64,000 nucleotides of DNA from Candidatus Kapaibacterium sp. (GCA_026418625.1 JAOABA010000022.1:10572-74571); one strand, 5' to 3'. Counted from the stretch's first letter, positions 1 through 11,528 are shown. Numbers and translations are program-made. Notes: generated from the letters alone by a model not told the origin.

Positions 1-818
1 GGTATTATTGGATGAAGGAAGATGGCATTAGATATCAACCGGGTTTAGACGATGACTCAATCTCAAGTGTTCCTGCGGCTATTCATATTAGAGATTCAAT
101 TTGGAGATTATATTACGTTGGTGATTTTTATCGGAGTAACGGCATAAGAACTGCTATCTCAACTGATTGGGGTTTGACTTGGGAACCTGAATCAAAGAAG
201 AACATTTTGTCTAAGGGAGACGTTGACCCCCACCCGGTTTACCTTACTAATGATAAAATTAGGCTTTACTTTAGAACCGGAATGACAAAACCAATAGATA
301 AGTCAGGAATTGCTTATTGCGACAGCGAAGACGGGCTGAATTTTGATACAAATCAGACAAAGTTAATTATCCCTGATAAAGAAATTGACTCAATGTTTAA
401 GCTTGATCCTGCGGTAATTAAATTCCCAAATGGAAGAACTGCAGTTTACATTGGCGAGGCTCCAAATCAGTTTAATCAATCACCACCAAAGTTAATTGTT
501 GCGTGGGATAGCCAAAACTTAAATATCAGAGAAATAGCAAAAAAAGACGAAGTCTCAATTATGATTAAGCCAAATCCCGCCAAAGATATTATAACTTTAG
601 AATATTTTCTTCCAATTTCCGGAATTATTTCGATTGAAATCTTCGATATTAAGGGAAAAAAATTTCCTATCAAAACAAAAGAAGCACACCAAAGCGGTCA
701 TTACTCATTTGAAATAAGCATAAATAATTTAAAGAAGAAATTAAGCGGCAACAATTTCTATCTTAATTTCAAGCTCGATGACCAACAGAAAACCATCCCT
801 TTCGCTGTAAATAACTAA
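1..818 (+). CDS. Secreted BNR/Asp-box repeat protein (sialidase or glycosyl-hydrolase-like) with a type IX secretion C-terminal sorting domain. The 5' end lies outside the window.
   Basis: The ORF runs to the window edge. Asp-box motif STDWGLTW (SxDxGxTW) is present. The C-terminal ~80 aa (KPNPAKDIITLEYFLP...IEIFDIKGKK) resemble a Por/T9SS CTD. Confidence 0.6.
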   Translation, partial: YYWMKEDGIRYQPGLDDDSISSVPAAIHIRDSIWRLYYVGDFYRSNGIRTAISTDWGLTWEPESKKNILSKGDVDPHPVYLTNDKIRLYFRTGMTKPIDKSGIAYCDSEDGLNFDTNQTKLIIPDKEIDSMFKLDPAVIKFPNGRTAVYIGEAPNQFNQSPPKLIVAWDSQNLNIREIAKKDEVSIMIKPNPAKDIITLEYFLPISGIISIEIFDIKGKKFPIKTKEAHQSGHYSFEISINNLKKKLSGNNFYLNFKLDDQQKTIPFAVNN

Positions 819-887
819 AAAATTATCAAAAAGTAATATTATTCAAAAAAAAATCATAAATTTGAATGATATATTTTATGGTTTGAT

Positions 888-1319
888 ATGACAGTCTTAT
901 TTTCAAAGAAGTGCGAATTAGCTTTACAATCAGTTCTTTACCTATCAATTCTACCAAAAGGCACAATCGAAAGTGCTGACAATATTTCTAAACAAATAAA
1001 AGCTCCCAGAGAATTCGTTTCTAAGATTCTTCAATCACTTACAGATGTTGATATCATCAAGTCCAAAAAAGGAAAATTTGGAGGCTTTTCCTTAGCGAAG
1101 GATCCTAAGGAAATAAAATTGATTGATATCATCACTGCAATTGATGGCGATTATGTCTTTGATAGTTGTGTGATGGGTTTTCCCGGCTGTTCAGATGAAA
1201 ATCCCTGCCCGATGCACGAAAAGTGGGCAAAACTAAGAGAAGAATCCCTCCAAATGCTTAGCACAAACACTTTAGCAGATTTATACGAGATTACAAAAAG
1301 AAAAATTGAAAAAATATAA
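888..1319 (+). CDS. Rrf2-family transcriptional regulator, NsrR/IscR-like, with a Cys cluster suggesting an Fe-S sensor.
   Basis: 143 aa with an N-terminal wHTH typical of Rrf2 (KCELALQSVLYLS...ISKQIKAPREFVSKILQSL). Three closely spaced Cys (CVMGFPGCSDENPCP). It lies immediately upstream of nrfHA. Confidence 0.75.
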   Translation: MTVLFSKKCELALQSVLYLSILPKGTIESADNISKQIKAPREFVSKILQSLTDVDIIKSKKGKFGGFSLAKDPKEIKLIDIITAIDGDYVFDSCVMGFPGCSDENPCPMHEKWAKLREESLQMLSTNTLADLYEITKRKIEKI

Positions 1320-1394
1320 TTTTTTTGTTTTTTTTAAGACAAAAAATTCCGATATTAGCTTTTGTATTTTTCAATTATTCATAGCTTTTTTTCT

Positions 1395-1973
1395 ATGAGT
1401 GAAAATGAGAGAAAAGGTTCTAAATTCAAAATTGCATTTATCGTTTTACTCGGAATTGCAGTTGGTTTAGGACTTGTAATAGTCAGAGTTTCAAACGCAA
1501 TATCTTACCTATCAGATGACCCCGTTGCTTGTGTTAATTGCCATATTATGACTCCCCAATATGCAACTTGGTTCCATAGTAGCCACCGTGAGCGGGCAAC
1601 TTGCAATGACTGTCACGTTCCGCATAACAACATAGTAAGAAAATATTGGTTCAAAGCAAATGACGGATTCCGACATGCATCAATATTTACTTTAAGGCTC
1701 GATCCTCAGGTTATCCAAATAAAAGATGATGGCAAGACAGTTGTGCAGGAAAATTGCATCAGATGTCATATTAATCAGGTCAATGATGTTTCATCATCCT
1801 ACGTTACAGGTCGAACATACAAAGAAGGAAAGGGAAATCTTTGCTGGGACTGTCATAGAAATGTGCCTCACGGAACAGTTCACAGCCAGGCATCAACTCC
1901 TTATGCCAGAGTCCCGAGACTGCATCCCGCTATTCCAGAATGGTTGAATATTAATAAAAATGAAAATAAATAA
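1395..1973 (+). CDS. nrfH: Cytochrome c nitrite reductase small subunit NrfH (NapC/NirT tetraheme quinol dehydrogenase).
   Basis: Four CxxCH motifs (CVNCH, CNDCH, CIRCH, CWDCH) and an N-terminal TM helix. The ORF-track start at 1362 is probably over-extended; the Met at MSENERKG (1395) is the likely start. Confidence 0.85.
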   Translation: MSENERKGSKFKIAFIVLLGIAVGLGLVIVRVSNAISYLSDDPVACVNCHIMTPQYATWFHSSHRERATCNDCHVPHNNIVRKYWFKANDGFRHASIFTLRLDPQVIQIKDDGKTVVQENCIRCHINQVNDVSSSYVTGRTYKEGKGNLCWDCHRNVPHGTVHSQASTPYARVPRLHPAIPEWLNINKNENK

Positions 1974-1983
1974 GAGGTTTATT

Positions 1984-3465
1984 ATGAGTGAAAAAACAAG
2001 CACTGGAAAAAAAATTTTTTATATCGTTTTATTTCTTGCAACAGTCGTTATTGTATTCATATTAGGTTTACTTGCAGCTTCGATTTTCGAAAGGAGAGGT
2101 GAATCGGTAGCTCGTCTTGAACCCGTTAAAGAAATTGCCGAATGGGAACCAAGGAATGAGGTTTGGGGTGAAAATTACCCACGTGAATACGAAACATATA
2201 GAAAAACGCTTGACACAGGTTTTCGAAGCAAATATGCCGGCTCGGCTACCATAGATTACTTAGAAGATTATCCTGATTTAGTTGTTCTTTGGGCTGGTTA
2301 TCTGTTTTCAAGAGATTTCAAGCAAGCCCGTGGTCATGCTTATGCTATTAAAGATATCCGTCAAACGTTAAGAACTGGCGGGGTTGAATTCAGTCCTCAA
2401 CCCGGCACTTGTTGGTCCTGCAAAAGCACTGATGTTCCAAGGCTAATTCAATCAATGGGCGCCGAAGCCTTTTATAAATCCAAGTGGTCTGATTTGGGCG
2501 ATCAGGTCGTCAATCCAATCGGATGTCAAGACTGCCACGACCCCAAAACAATGGATTTAAGAATTACCAGACCTGCCTTGATTGAAGCTCTCGAAAGGCA
2601 GGGCAAAAAAATGAAAGATATTACACATCAAGAGATGCGATCGCTTGTTTGTGCACAATGTCACGTGGAATATTATTTCAAAGGTCCTGATAAATATTTG
2701 ACTTTTCCGTGGGACAAAGGCTTTAGTGCTGATTCAATGGAGTCATATTATAATGAAATTGCTTTCAAGGATTGGGAACATAAGCTCAGCAAAGCACCAA
2801 TGCTCAAAGCTCAACATCCCGATTATGAGTTGTATATGACCGGTATTCACGCTGCAAGGGGTGTTTCCTGTGCTGATTGTCATATGCCTTATAAAGTCGA
2901 AGGTGGGGTCAAATTTACTGATCATCACATTCAAAGCCCTCTAAATAATATTGCTAACTCCTGTCAGGTATGCCACAGACAAAGCGAAACACAATTACTT
3001 AAAGATGTTTATGACCGTCAGGATAGAGTAGCTGAAATTAGAAAAATAGCTGAATACTCATTGAGAAAAGCACATCTTGAAGCTGAATTAGCTTGGAAAA
3101 ATGAAGCAAGTGAAGATGAGATGAAACCTATACTTGAACTAATTAGGTCAGCTCAATGGAGATGGGATTGGGTCGCTGCTGCTAATTCAGTTGGATTTCA
3201 CTCACCTGTAGAAGCTCTCAGGGTTCTTGGCACTGCTATTGAGAGATCCGAAAAAGCTCGTGGTTTGCTAAATGTTGTATTTACAAAAAGAGGTGTAAGT
3301 TTACCCGTAACTCTGCCGGATGTCGGAACTAAGCTGATAGCTCAAAAATATATCGGACTCGATATTGAAAAGATTTTGCAGGATAAGCTTAATTTCTTGC
3401 AGACTGTTGTTCCTGAATGGGACAAGAAAGCTAAGTCCCGTCAAGGAACTTTGCAGGAATATTAG
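1984..3465 (+). CDS. nrfA: Cytochrome c552 nitrite reductase catalytic subunit NrfA (pentaheme, ammonia-forming).
   Basis: CWSCK (the Lys-ligated active-site heme motif diagnostic of NrfA) plus four CxxCH (CQDCH, CAQCH, CADCH, CQVCH). A signal/TM segment is at the N-terminus. AAGAGG RBS 7 nt before the ATG at 1984; the track start at 1960 overlaps nrfH. Confidence 0.9.
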   Translation: MSEKTSTGKKIFYIVLFLATVVIVFILGLLAASIFERRGESVARLEPVKEIAEWEPRNEVWGENYPREYETYRKTLDTGFRSKYAGSATIDYLEDYPDLVVLWAGYLFSRDFKQARGHAYAIKDIRQTLRTGGVEFSPQPGTCWSCKSTDVPRLIQSMGAEAFYKSKWSDLGDQVVNPIGCQDCHDPKTMDLRITRPALIEALERQGKKMKDITHQEMRSLVCAQCHVEYYFKGPDKYLTFPWDKGFSADSMESYYNEIAFKDWEHKLSKAPMLKAQHPDYELYMTGIHAARGVSCADCHMPYKVEGGVKFTDHHIQSPLNNIANSCQVCHRQSETQLLKDVYDRQDRVAEIRKIAEYSLRKAHLEAELAWKNEASEDEMKPILELIRSAQWRWDWVAAANSVGFHSPVEALRVLGTAIERSEKARGLLNVVFTKRGVSLPVTLPDVGTKLIAQKYIGLDIEKILQDKLNFLQTVVPEWDKKAKSRQGTLQEY

Positions 3466-3562
3466 TATTTTTTAATGCAACGAAAAATATTTTTAGTTAC
3501 AATTTGATTACATAATTTCCGTCAAAATTTTTGTTTATTAAACATAATAGTGATGGAATAAA

Positions 3563-4462
3563 ATGATTGTAACTATAGATAAATCTTCAGGTTTTTGTTG
3601 GGGTGTTGTCCGAACTATTGAAAAAGCTGAGGAAACATTAGCTAATACTAATGAAAATGTATATATTCTTGGGCAGATTATTCATAACCCCCATGAGAGT
3701 TCCCGCCTCGAGGCAAAGGGTTTAAAAACTATTTCACATCAGGATCTGGAAAAAATTTCCCAAGAAAAAAATGCAAAAGTTCTTATAAGGGCTCACGGGG
3801 AACCACCATCAACTTACAAAAAAGCAGCTGAACTTGGAATTGATATCGTTGATGCCACCTGCCCTCTTGTTACTTCGCTTCAAAAAAGGGTAGAAAAATT
3901 CTACAAAGATGATTATCAAATCGTGATTTATGGCAAAAAGGAACACGCCGAGATAATTGGTCTTCGTGGGGTTTGTAATGACGAGTGTATCGTTATTAAG
4001 ACTGTCGAGGAAGCTCTCGAAAAAGTTGATTTTAGCAAAAAAACTGTCCTTATATCCCAAACTACGATGGAGAGAGCTACTTTTTATAAAATTAAAGAAG
4101 CCCTCGAAGAGAGAGTTAAAGAATTGATTGACGGTGGTGAGGTCAGCGATAGATTTACAGCTAAAGACACACTTTGCAAAGCCGTTTATGGCAGAGAAGA
4201 CAAATTGAAAGAATTTGCAAAATCTAATGATGTTGTTATCTTCGTTGCCGGACGCAATTCCTCTAACGGGAAAAGCCTTTTCCATATTTGTCAGGACACA
4301 AATCCACGCTCTTACTTTATTGAAGACATTTCCGAACTTAATATGGATTGGTTCGAGGGTGCTGAAAGAGTTGGAATTACTGGAGCAACGAGCACACCTC
4401 AATGGTATATGGAAAATGTTAAGGAAAAGATTGAGCAGGAAATGAGCTCTGTCTTAGTCTGA
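3563..4462 (+). CDS. ispH: 4-hydroxy-3-methylbut-2-enyl diphosphate reductase (IspH/LytB).
   Basis: The N-terminal GFCWGVVR motif and the length (299 aa) match IspH. Confidence 0.85.
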   Translation: MIVTIDKSSGFCWGVVRTIEKAEETLANTNENVYILGQIIHNPHESSRLEAKGLKTISHQDLEKISQEKNAKVLIRAHGEPPSTYKKAAELGIDIVDATCPLVTSLQKRVEKFYKDDYQIVIYGKKEHAEIIGLRGVCNDECIVIKTVEEALEKVDFSKKTVLISQTTMERATFYKIKEALEERVKELIDGGEVSDRFTAKDTLCKAVYGREDKLKEFAKSNDVVIFVAGRNSSNGKSLFHICQDTNPRSYFIEDISELNMDWFEGAERVGITGATSTPQWYMENVKEKIEQEMSSVLV

Positions 4463-4472
4463 TAGGCTATCT

Positions 4473-5780
4473 TTAAATAATATTTATTTCTTTTGCGGAA
4501 ACAAGCGGGAGCTGATCCCAATCAGTAGTATATTTTGGTGTTCTCATATCTGCACGGGTTCGCCATTTACGGTTGATACCCGTTGCAGCATAAAACAATG
4601 TGTTCGAACCCATTTTCTTATTAACTTCATCAACAACTTCAGTGATTTTTGCCATTTTCATTCTATCCTCAGTATCAAAAATTGATGTTTGAGAACGATT
4701 CGTAGGCACTAAACCACTCAACATTACTCCCACTTTATAATATTTATAACCAATTCTGAAAATCTGTTCGACCCCCTTCATTGCATAAGAAATCAATTCT
4801 GAGGTAGAATCAGTCGGAACAGGTAGTTGAATCAGGACACCATTATGATATTGTGCCTCTTTTTTGAATGGGTTCGTTCTAAGAAAAACCGATAAGAGAT
4901 TAGCCGAAGATTTTTGTGCTCTCATTTTTTCGCTTGCCCTCGTTACAAAAAAAGCAATAGCCTCCTTAACTGAAGCAATGTCCTGAACTGTCTGACCGAA
5001 AGAGCGTGAGGACACAATAGCTTTCTTTGCTGGTGGGAAGTATTCATATTCTATACAGGGAATTCCCTTAAGCTCAAGAGCTGTCCGCAGACCCATCACT
5101 GTCATTTTCTTTTTTATCCACTTTTCGTTTGCATTTGCAAAATCATAAGCCGTAAAGATATTCTGTAAATTGAGAAGTTTTGTATATTGTCTGCCAACTC
5201 CCCAAATATCAGCAACTTCAGTATTTTTTAAGTAATAATCTTTATTTTCTAACCCATACAAATTCAGAACTCCTTTGTTCGAAGGAACCTTCTTGGCAAA
5301 TCTATTTGCTAATTTTGCTAATGTCTTTGTTTCGGCTATACCAATTGAAACAGGGATTCCTGTCCATTTTCTGACTGTGTTCCTGATTAAACGGCAATAA
5401 TCTGTTAAATCCTTATGTGAAAAACCTTCTAAATTAATAAAGGCTTCGTCTATTGAATAAATCTCGACATCAGGCGAAAAATGTTCCAATGTGGTCATAA
5501 CTCTGTGGGACATATCCCCATAAAGCGTATAGTTTGAAGAAAATACGTGAACATTATGTTTTTTTATTATTTCTTGAGCTTTGAAAAGCGGTTCACCCAT
5601 TTTGATTCCCAACTCTTTTGCTTCATTGGATCTGGCTATAATCATTCCATCATTATTTGAAAGGACAACAATCGGTTTTCCCCAAAGTTTGGGATTGAAA
5701 ACACGTTCGCAGGATGCATAGAAATTATTGCAATCTACGAGTGCAACCGGTTTTACTTTTTTTGATACCGTTCCTTCCAT
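4473..5780 (-). CDS. umuC: Y-family translesion DNA polymerase, UmuC-like.
   Basis: The N-terminus ALVDCNNFYASCERVFNPKLWGKPIVVLSNNDGMIIARSNEAKELGIKMGEP closely matches the UmuC/DinB catalytic core. No umuD is adjacent. Confidence 0.75.
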   Translation of the reverse strand: MEGTVSKKVKPVALVDCNNFYASCERVFNPKLWGKPIVVLSNNDGMIIARSNEAKELGIKMGEPLFKAQEIIKKHNVHVFSSNYTLYGDMSHRVMTTLEHFSPDVEIYSIDEAFINLEGFSHKDLTDYCRLIRNTVRKWTGIPVSIGIAETKTLAKLANRFAKKVPSNKGVLNLYGLENKDYYLKNTEVADIWGVGRQYTKLLNLQNIFTAYDFANANEKWIKKKMTVMGLRTALELKGIPCIEYEYFPPAKKAIVSSRSFGQTVQDIASVKEAIAFFVTRASEKMRAQKSSANLLSVFLRTNPFKKEAQYHNGVLIQLPVPTDSTSELISYAMKGVEQIFRIGYKYYKVGVMLSGLVPTNRSQTSIFDTEDRMKMAKITEVVDEVNKKMGSNTLFYAATGINRKWRTRADMRTPKYTTDWDQLPLVSAKEINII

Positions 5781-7075
5781 AAAACTTCAAGACGTTCTTT
5801 GAAAGACTTTTCTTTTCCAAAATTACCCGGGAGATAGAAAGCTTTGGCATTATAATCATCAGGGAAATAATTCTCCATAACAAAATTGCCCTCGTAATTA
5901 TGAGGATATTGGTAACCTTCGCTATAACCTTCGTCTCGCATCAGCTTTGTTGGTGCATTTCTCAGATGCATAGGCACAGTAACGGAAGCTCCTCTCCTTA
6001 TCTCTCCTAAAGCATTCATAAGTCCCATATAAGAAGCATTTGATTTATTGCAGGATGCAAGATAAGTAACGCCTTGAGCAAGATTTATCTGACATTCCGG
6101 CATTCCTATCATTTCAACAGCCTGAAAAACAGATATAGCAAGAGTCAGTGCAAATGGGTCTGCATTCCCGATATCTTCGCTTGCAAATACAACCATTCTT
6201 CTGGCAATGAAGCGGGGATCTTCACCTGCATCAAGCATTTTTGCAAGCCAGAAAAGAGCTGCATCTGGATCTGAGCCTCTAAGTGATTTTATAAAGGCTG
6301 AAATAGTATCGTAATGTGATTCACCTTTTTTATCATATTGGGCAGTTTTTTGCTGAAGTGCCTTTTCGAGCAATTCTCGAGTTAAAACTACCTCATTATT
6401 ATCTTTTTTAGCAATTTTGAAGGCTAATTCAATGGCATTAAGAGCTGTCCTCGCATCACCGGCTGAGATGGTAAATAAAAATTCCCAGTCATCAATTATT
6501 ATAGTATATTTTGAAAGTATCTCATCTTTTTGAAGTGCATTAATCACAATTGAACGAATGTCTTCATTCGATAATAGATGAAGACGATAGACCTGACAGC
6601 GGCTCAATAAAGCAGAATTTACCTCAAATGAAGGATTTTCAGTCGTTGCCCCAACCAGAGTTATTTCACCCTTTTCCACTGCGTGAAGCAAGGCATCCTG
6701 CTGATTTTTATTAAACCGATGGATTTCGTCAATGAAGAGCATTGTCCTTTTACCTGACTTCCTCAATAATTTAGCTCTATCAATAACAGTTCTTACTTCC
6801 TTTACACCGGAATCTACAGCGGACATACGTTCGAAATGATAGTCCCCTATTTTGGCAATTATCAATGCTAATGTTGTTTTTCCAGAGCCGGGTGGTCCCC
6901 AGAATATTATTGAAGGCAAATCTTTACTTTCGAGAAATTTCCTCAAAGGTCCGTCACTGCCAACCAAATGATTTTGTCCATAAATATCATCAAGAGTTTC
7001 AGGGCGAACTCTATCTGCAAGTGGTGATAAGATTTTTTGATCTTGTTTTTCATCATTTTGAAAAAACAAATCCAT
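5753..7075 (-). CDS. rarA: Replication-associated recombination protein A (RarA/MgsA AAA+ ATPase).
   Basis: Walker A GPPGSGKTTLA and Walker B LFIDEIHRFNK, with a C-terminal MgsA-type helical domain; 440 aa. Confidence 0.85.
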   Translation of the reverse strand: MDLFFQNDEKQDQKILSPLADRVRPETLDDIYGQNHLVGSDGPLRKFLESKDLPSIIFWGPPGSGKTTLALIIAKIGDYHFERMSAVDSGVKEVRTVIDRAKLLRKSGKRTMLFIDEIHRFNKNQQDALLHAVEKGEITLVGATTENPSFEVNSALLSRCQVYRLHLLSNEDIRSIVINALQKDEILSKYTIIIDDWEFLFTISAGDARTALNAIELAFKIAKKDNNEVVLTRELLEKALQQKTAQYDKKGESHYDTISAFIKSLRGSDPDAALFWLAKMLDAGEDPRFIARRMVVFASEDIGNADPFALTLAISVFQAVEMIGMPECQINLAQGVTYLASCNKSNASYMGLMNALGEIRRGASVTVPMHLRNAPTKLMRDEGYSEGYQYPHNYEGNFVMENYFPDDYNAKAFYLPGNFGKEKSFKERLEVLWKERYQKK

Positions 7076-7146
7076 CGGTAACTCCGATAATTATTTCGCA
7101 ATTTATTTATTTTTCATTGATTTGACGATGATGGACTATATATATT

Positions 7147-7183
7147 AAAAAAGGGGTGGCATAAATAAAATGACACCCCTTTG
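7147..7183 (-). terminator. Rho-independent terminator downstream of rpoC.
   Basis: On the minus strand CAAAGGGGTGTCAT...ATGCCACCCCTTTTTT: a 9-bp GC-rich stem followed by a T-run, just 3' of the rpoC stop. Confidence 0.6.
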
Positions 7184-7202
7184 ATAATTCAGTTAAAGAA
7201 CA

Positions 7203-10200
7203 TCACATAGCTATAGACTCAAATTCTGATTCAATTTCTTTATCAACTTCTTTGAACACTTCGACCTCAGGCTCTGGGGTTTCTACTCTACCAAAAATAT
7301 TACCAATATCACTAATAACTTTCATTTCCTGATAATGCCTTAATCCAGTTCCAGCAGGAATTAACTGCCCTAAGATAATATTTTCTTTCAAACCATTCAA
7401 TGTATCAATCTTTGCTGAGACGGAAGCATCGGATAATACTCTTGTAGTTTCTTGGAATGAAGCAGCTGATAACCAGCTTTCAGTTGTAAGTGATGCTTGA
7501 GTAATACCTAACAGCAAAGGTTCTGCTATGGCTGGTTCGGCAGGACGTGATTCTGGTAGTTGTCTTCCTTTTTTCTTAAGTTCAGTTATGATTTCTCTAA
7601 ATCTCTTTCTTGTAACTAATTGTCCTTCTTTAAGTTTTGAGTCGCCCTTTTCTGTAACAACAACCATATTTTTTAGCTTATCATTTTCATCAACGAACCT
7701 GATTCTATCAACCTGATCATTTTCGAGGAATGGAGAATCGCCGGAGTCAGAAATTTTCACTTTTTGAAGCATTTGCCTTACGATAATTTCAATATGTTTA
7801 TCATTAATTTTAACACCCTGCATACGGTAAACTTCCTGAATTTCGTTTACCAAATACTCCTGAACGGCATTCGGTCCTTTAATCCTTAAAATATCGTGAG
7901 GATTGACTGAGCCTTCAGTTAACCTTTCGCCAGCTCTTACGAAATCTTCTTCCTGAACAAGAATATATTTTCCGATTGGAACAGCATATTCTTTTTGAGT
8001 TTTTTCGTCGGGCGAGGTAACAATTATTATTCTCTGACCTCTTTTTTGTTTATCAAAAGAAACGATTCCGTCAATTTCAGAAACTATAGCAGGATTTTGA
8101 GGAGCCCGTGCCTCGAAAAGTTCTGTAACTCTCGGTAAACCACCAGTAATGTCCCTCATTCTGCCCAAATCTCTTGGGATTTTGACTAATTGAGTTCCAA
8201 CCCCAATCATTTCATCATCTTCAACTCTGATTTGTGCTTTAGTGGGAATACTATATGATTTAAGAACATTTCCTTTTTCATCCAAAATTTCTATTGTAGG
8301 TGATTTAGTTCTATCTCTGGATTCAACTACAACTTTGGTAATGTGCCCGGTCTGTTCATCATTTATTTCCCTATATGTAACGTTTAACGCAAGATCTTTG
8401 TATCTTACTTTACCACCAACTTCCGAAATAATTGTTGAGTTATAGGGATCCCACTCATAAATCATACTACCTTTTTTGACCATTTGCCCATTCTTAACTT
8501 TTAGTTCAGCACCATAAGTTGCATCATATTTTGTAAGAATTCGGCTACTTTCGGGGTCAACAATATTAATAACACCACTTCGGCTAACAACAATCTGAAC
8601 TTCATCATCAAATTCATTTAGATAAGAAACAATTCTCACATTCTCGAACTGAATCATACCATCAAATTTAGCGACTACTGATGATTGAGAAGCAACAAGA
8701 AGAGCGGTTCCACCAGTGTGGAATGTTCTTAATGTTAGCTGTGTTCCCGGCTCACCGATTGATTGTGCTGCTATAGTTCCAACAGCTTCACCAACATCAA
8801 CTAATTTTCCTGTTGCAAGGTTTCGACCGTAACATTTTGCACAAACACCTTTTCTCGATTCACAAGTAAGAACCGACCTAATTAAAACACTTTCAATAGA
8901 TGTTTCTTCTATTTTTCTTGCTATTTCTTCATCAATTACTTCACCAGCTTTGACTATAAGTTCATCTGTTAATGGATCGACTACGTCCAAAAGAGTTACT
9001 CTACCGATGATTCTTTCGAAAAGGGGCTCTTTAACTTCTTCTCCATCTTTAAGGGCTGTCATTTCAACCCCTCTGATTGTATGACAGTCGCTCTCAGAAA
9101 TAATAACATCTTGAGAAACATCGTGCAATCTTCTTGTTAAATAACCAGCGTCGGCTGTTTTGAGAGCTGTATCGGCTAAACCTTTTCTTGCTCCGTGTGT
9201 GGAAATGAAATATTCAAGAATAGAGAGTCCTTCTTTAAAGTTTGATATAATTGGGTTTTCAATAAGCTCACCAGTAGAACCCGATAGCGATTTTTTCGGT
9301 TTTGCCATTAAACCTCTCATACCGGCTAACTGTCTAATCTGCTCTTTGGAGCCTCTTGCTTGAGAGTCTAACATCATCCAGAAAGTATTGAAACCTTGAT
9401 TGGCTTTGGATAGCTCAGAATAAAGCCTATCAGCAACACGGTTTGTGGCAGTTGACCAAGTATCAATGATTTTATTATATCGTTCGCCGTGGGAAATAAC
9501 ACCACCTTGATAATTGTTTTCTACTTCGTCAATTTTCGCCTGAGCCGAATTAATAATGGTTTGTTTATCGTCTGGAACTAATACATCCCCGATACTGACC
9601 GAAAGACCACCTTTTGTAGCATAAGTAAATCCAATTTCTTTAAGTGCATCCAAAAATTCGACTGTTCTTGCCAATCCAACTGCTCTGAAACAAATACCAA
9701 TTATTTGTCTTAGTCTTTTCTTAGTTAATAATTCATTTAGAAATCCAATTTCTTTGGGAACAATTTGATTAAATAGGATACGACCTGTTGTAGTTTCAAT
9801 TAATTTACCTTCTATTCTAACTTTTATTTTTGCGTGAAGGTCGAGCGTCCCGCTATTATAAGCTATAATTACTTCTTCAGGAGATGAAAACATTCTGTTT
9901 TCTCCCATAGCACCGTGCCTGACTTTTGTTATGTAATAAACACCAAGAACCATATCTTGCGAGGGAACTGCAATTGGATCTCCGTTCTGTGTGTGCATAA
10001 TATTATGCGGTGCCAACATTAACAAAAGAGATTCAAGTTGAGCTTCGTAACTAAGAGGAACGTGAACTGCCATCTGGTCACCGTCGAAGTCAGCATTGAA
10101 AGCCGTGCAGACCAATGGGTGCAATTGTATTGCCTTTCCTTCAATTAATCTTGGTTGAAAAGCTTGGATACCGAGCCTGTGCAGAGTGGGAGCTCTGTTT

Positions 10201-11495
10201 AATAAAACGGGATGTCCTTCTATGACTTTTTCTAATATATCCCAAACTTCGTTAGTTTTTCTCTCGACAAGTTTTTTTGCACTTTTGACAGTTTTTACGT
10301 GACCACGCTCTATAAGTTTTCGAATGATGAACGGTTTGAATAGTTCGACAGCCATATCTTTCGGGAGACCACATTCGTGGAGCTTCAGTTCAGGACCTAC
10401 AACAATAACCGAACGACCTGAATAATCAACTCTCTTTCCAAGAAGATTTTGTCTAAATCTTCCTGTTTTTCCCTTGAGTGTGTCAGCCAATGATTTTAAA
10501 GCTCTTTGGGATTCACTTCTTACAGCACGTCTGCTATTGTCAAAGAGTGCGTCAACTGATTCTTGGAGCATCCTCTTTTCATTTCTTAAAATGACTTCGG
10601 GTGCTTTGATGTCAATTAATCTTTTTAATCTGTTATTTCTAATTATAACTCTTCGATATAAATCATTCAAATCTGAAGTAGCAAATCTACCTCCTTCGAG
10701 AGGCACAAGAGGCCTCAGGTCAGGTGGAATAACAGGTATAACATCAAGAACCATCCACTCAGGTTTATTAACTGACAAGTTACCGTCCGGTGTAATAAAT
10801 GCATCAAGGACTCTCAATCTTTTTAAGAGTTCAGCTTTCTTTTGCTGCGAAATTTCTTCAGTCCTTAGAACTTGCTTTAATTGAGCATAGGTTTCTATTG
10901 GATTTACTCTTTTTAGCAATTCTTTGATAGCTTCACCACCAATAAGGGCAATGAATTTATTTGGATCTTCATCATCGAGGTTTCTATCATCATCGGTTAA
11001 GCTCATCATTACTTCGAGATATTGTTCTTCGGTTAGTAAGTCATTGTGTTGCAATCCGGTTTTTCCGGGCTGAACCACGATGTAAGATTCATAATATACA
11101 ATTCTCTCTATGTCTTTGGTTGGAATACCAAGAATAGCAGAAATTTTGCTTGGAAGAGTTCTTAAAAACCAGATATGAACGACCGGGACAGCAAGCATAA
11201 TATGTCCCATTCTTTCTCTTCTTACCGATTTTTGAGTAACTTCGACCCCGCATCTATCACAAACAATACCTTTATATCTAATTCTTTTGTATTTACCACA
11301 GGCACATTCCCAGTCCCTAATAGGACCAAATATTTTCTCACAGAATAAGCCGTCTTTTTCGGGCCTGAAAGACCTATAATTTATGGTTTCAGGTTTTGTT
11401 ACTTCGCCGTGAGAACGATTTAAGATATCATCTGGCGAGGCTATTTTGATAGCTATTCTCGAAAAACCTTTTCTTGGAATTGATTTTGGTTGCAT
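7203..11495 (-). CDS. rpoC: DNA-directed RNA polymerase subunit beta-prime.
   Basis: 1430 aa. Conserved NADFDGD catalytic motif and zinc-binding CxxC motifs near the N-terminus. It follows rpoB. Confidence 0.97.
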   Translation of the reverse strand: MQPKSIPRKGFSRIAIKIASPDDILNRSHGEVTKPETINYRSFRPEKDGLFCEKIFGPIRDWECACGKYKRIRYKGIVCDRCGVEVTQKSVRRERMGHIMLAVPVVHIWFLRTLPSKISAILGIPTKDIERIVYYESYIVVQPGKTGLQHNDLLTEEQYLEVMMSLTDDDRNLDDEDPNKFIALIGGEAIKELLKRVNPIETYAQLKQVLRTEEISQQKKAELLKRLRVLDAFITPDGNLSVNKPEWMVLDVIPVIPPDLRPLVPLEGGRFATSDLNDLYRRVIIRNNRLKRLIDIKAPEVILRNEKRMLQESVDALFDNSRRAVRSESQRALKSLADTLKGKTGRFRQNLLGKRVDYSGRSVIVVGPELKLHECGLPKDMAVELFKPFIIRKLIERGHVKTVKSAKKLVERKTNEVWDILEKVIEGHPVLLNRAPTLHRLGIQAFQPRLIEGKAIQLHPLVCTAFNADFDGDQMAVHVPLSYEAQLESLLLMLAPHNIMHTQNGDPIAVPSQDMVLGVYYITKVRHGAMGENRMFSSPEEVIIAYNSGTLDLHAKIKVRIEGKLIETTTGRILFNQIVPKEIGFLNELLTKKRLRQIIGICFRAVGLARTVEFLDALKEIGFTYATKGGLSVSIGDVLVPDDKQTIINSAQAKIDEVENNYQGGVISHGERYNKIIDTWSTATNRVADRLYSELSKANQGFNTFWMMLDSQARGSKEQIRQLAGMRGLMAKPKKSLSGSTGELIENPIISNFKEGLSILEYFISTHGARKGLADTALKTADAGYLTRRLHDVSQDVIISESDCHTIRGVEMTALKDGEEVKEPLFERIIGRVTLLDVVDPLTDELIVKAGEVIDEEIARKIEETSIESVLIRSVLTCESRKGVCAKCYGRNLATGKLVDVGEAVGTIAAQSIGEPGTQLTLRTFHTGGTALLVASQSSVVAKFDGMIQFENVRIVSYLNEFDDEVQIVVSRSGVINIVDPESSRILTKYDATYGAELKVKNGQMVKKGSMIYEWDPYNSTIISEVGGKVRYKDLALNVTYREINDEQTGHITKVVVESRDRTKSPTIEILDEKGNVLKSYSIPTKAQIRVEDDEMIGVGTQLVKIPRDLGRMRDITGGLPRVTELFEARAPQNPAIVSEIDGIVSFDKQKRGQRIIIVTSPDEKTQKEYAVPIGKYILVQEEDFVRAGERLTEGSVNPHDILRIKGPNAVQEYLVNEIQEVYRMQGVKINDKHIEIIVRQMLQKVKISDSGDSPFLENDQVDRIRFVDENDKLKNMVVVTEKGDSKLKEGQLVTRKRFREIITELKKKGRQLPESRPAEPAIAEPLLLGITQASLTTESWLSAASFQETTRVLSDASVSAKIDTLNGLKENIILGQLIPAGTGLRHYQEMKVISDIGNIFGRVETPEPEVEVFKEVDKEIESEFESIAM

Positions 11496-11528
11496 TGGAT
11501 ATTTCTCCTAAATATCAATTTATTATTT

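Noticed and set aside
1362-1394. N-terminal extensions were proposed by the ORF track for nrfH (1362), nrfA (1960), rplL (16012) and thpR (29095).
   Set aside because: Internal Met codons with canonical RBS (AAGAGG, AAGGAG) and homologue-typical N-termini indicate the shorter starts. The nrfA extension would also overlap nrfH.
1726-1947. An internal + strand ORF (73 aa) lies within nrfH.
   Set aside because: It is an alternative frame of a well-supported tetraheme cytochrome gene.
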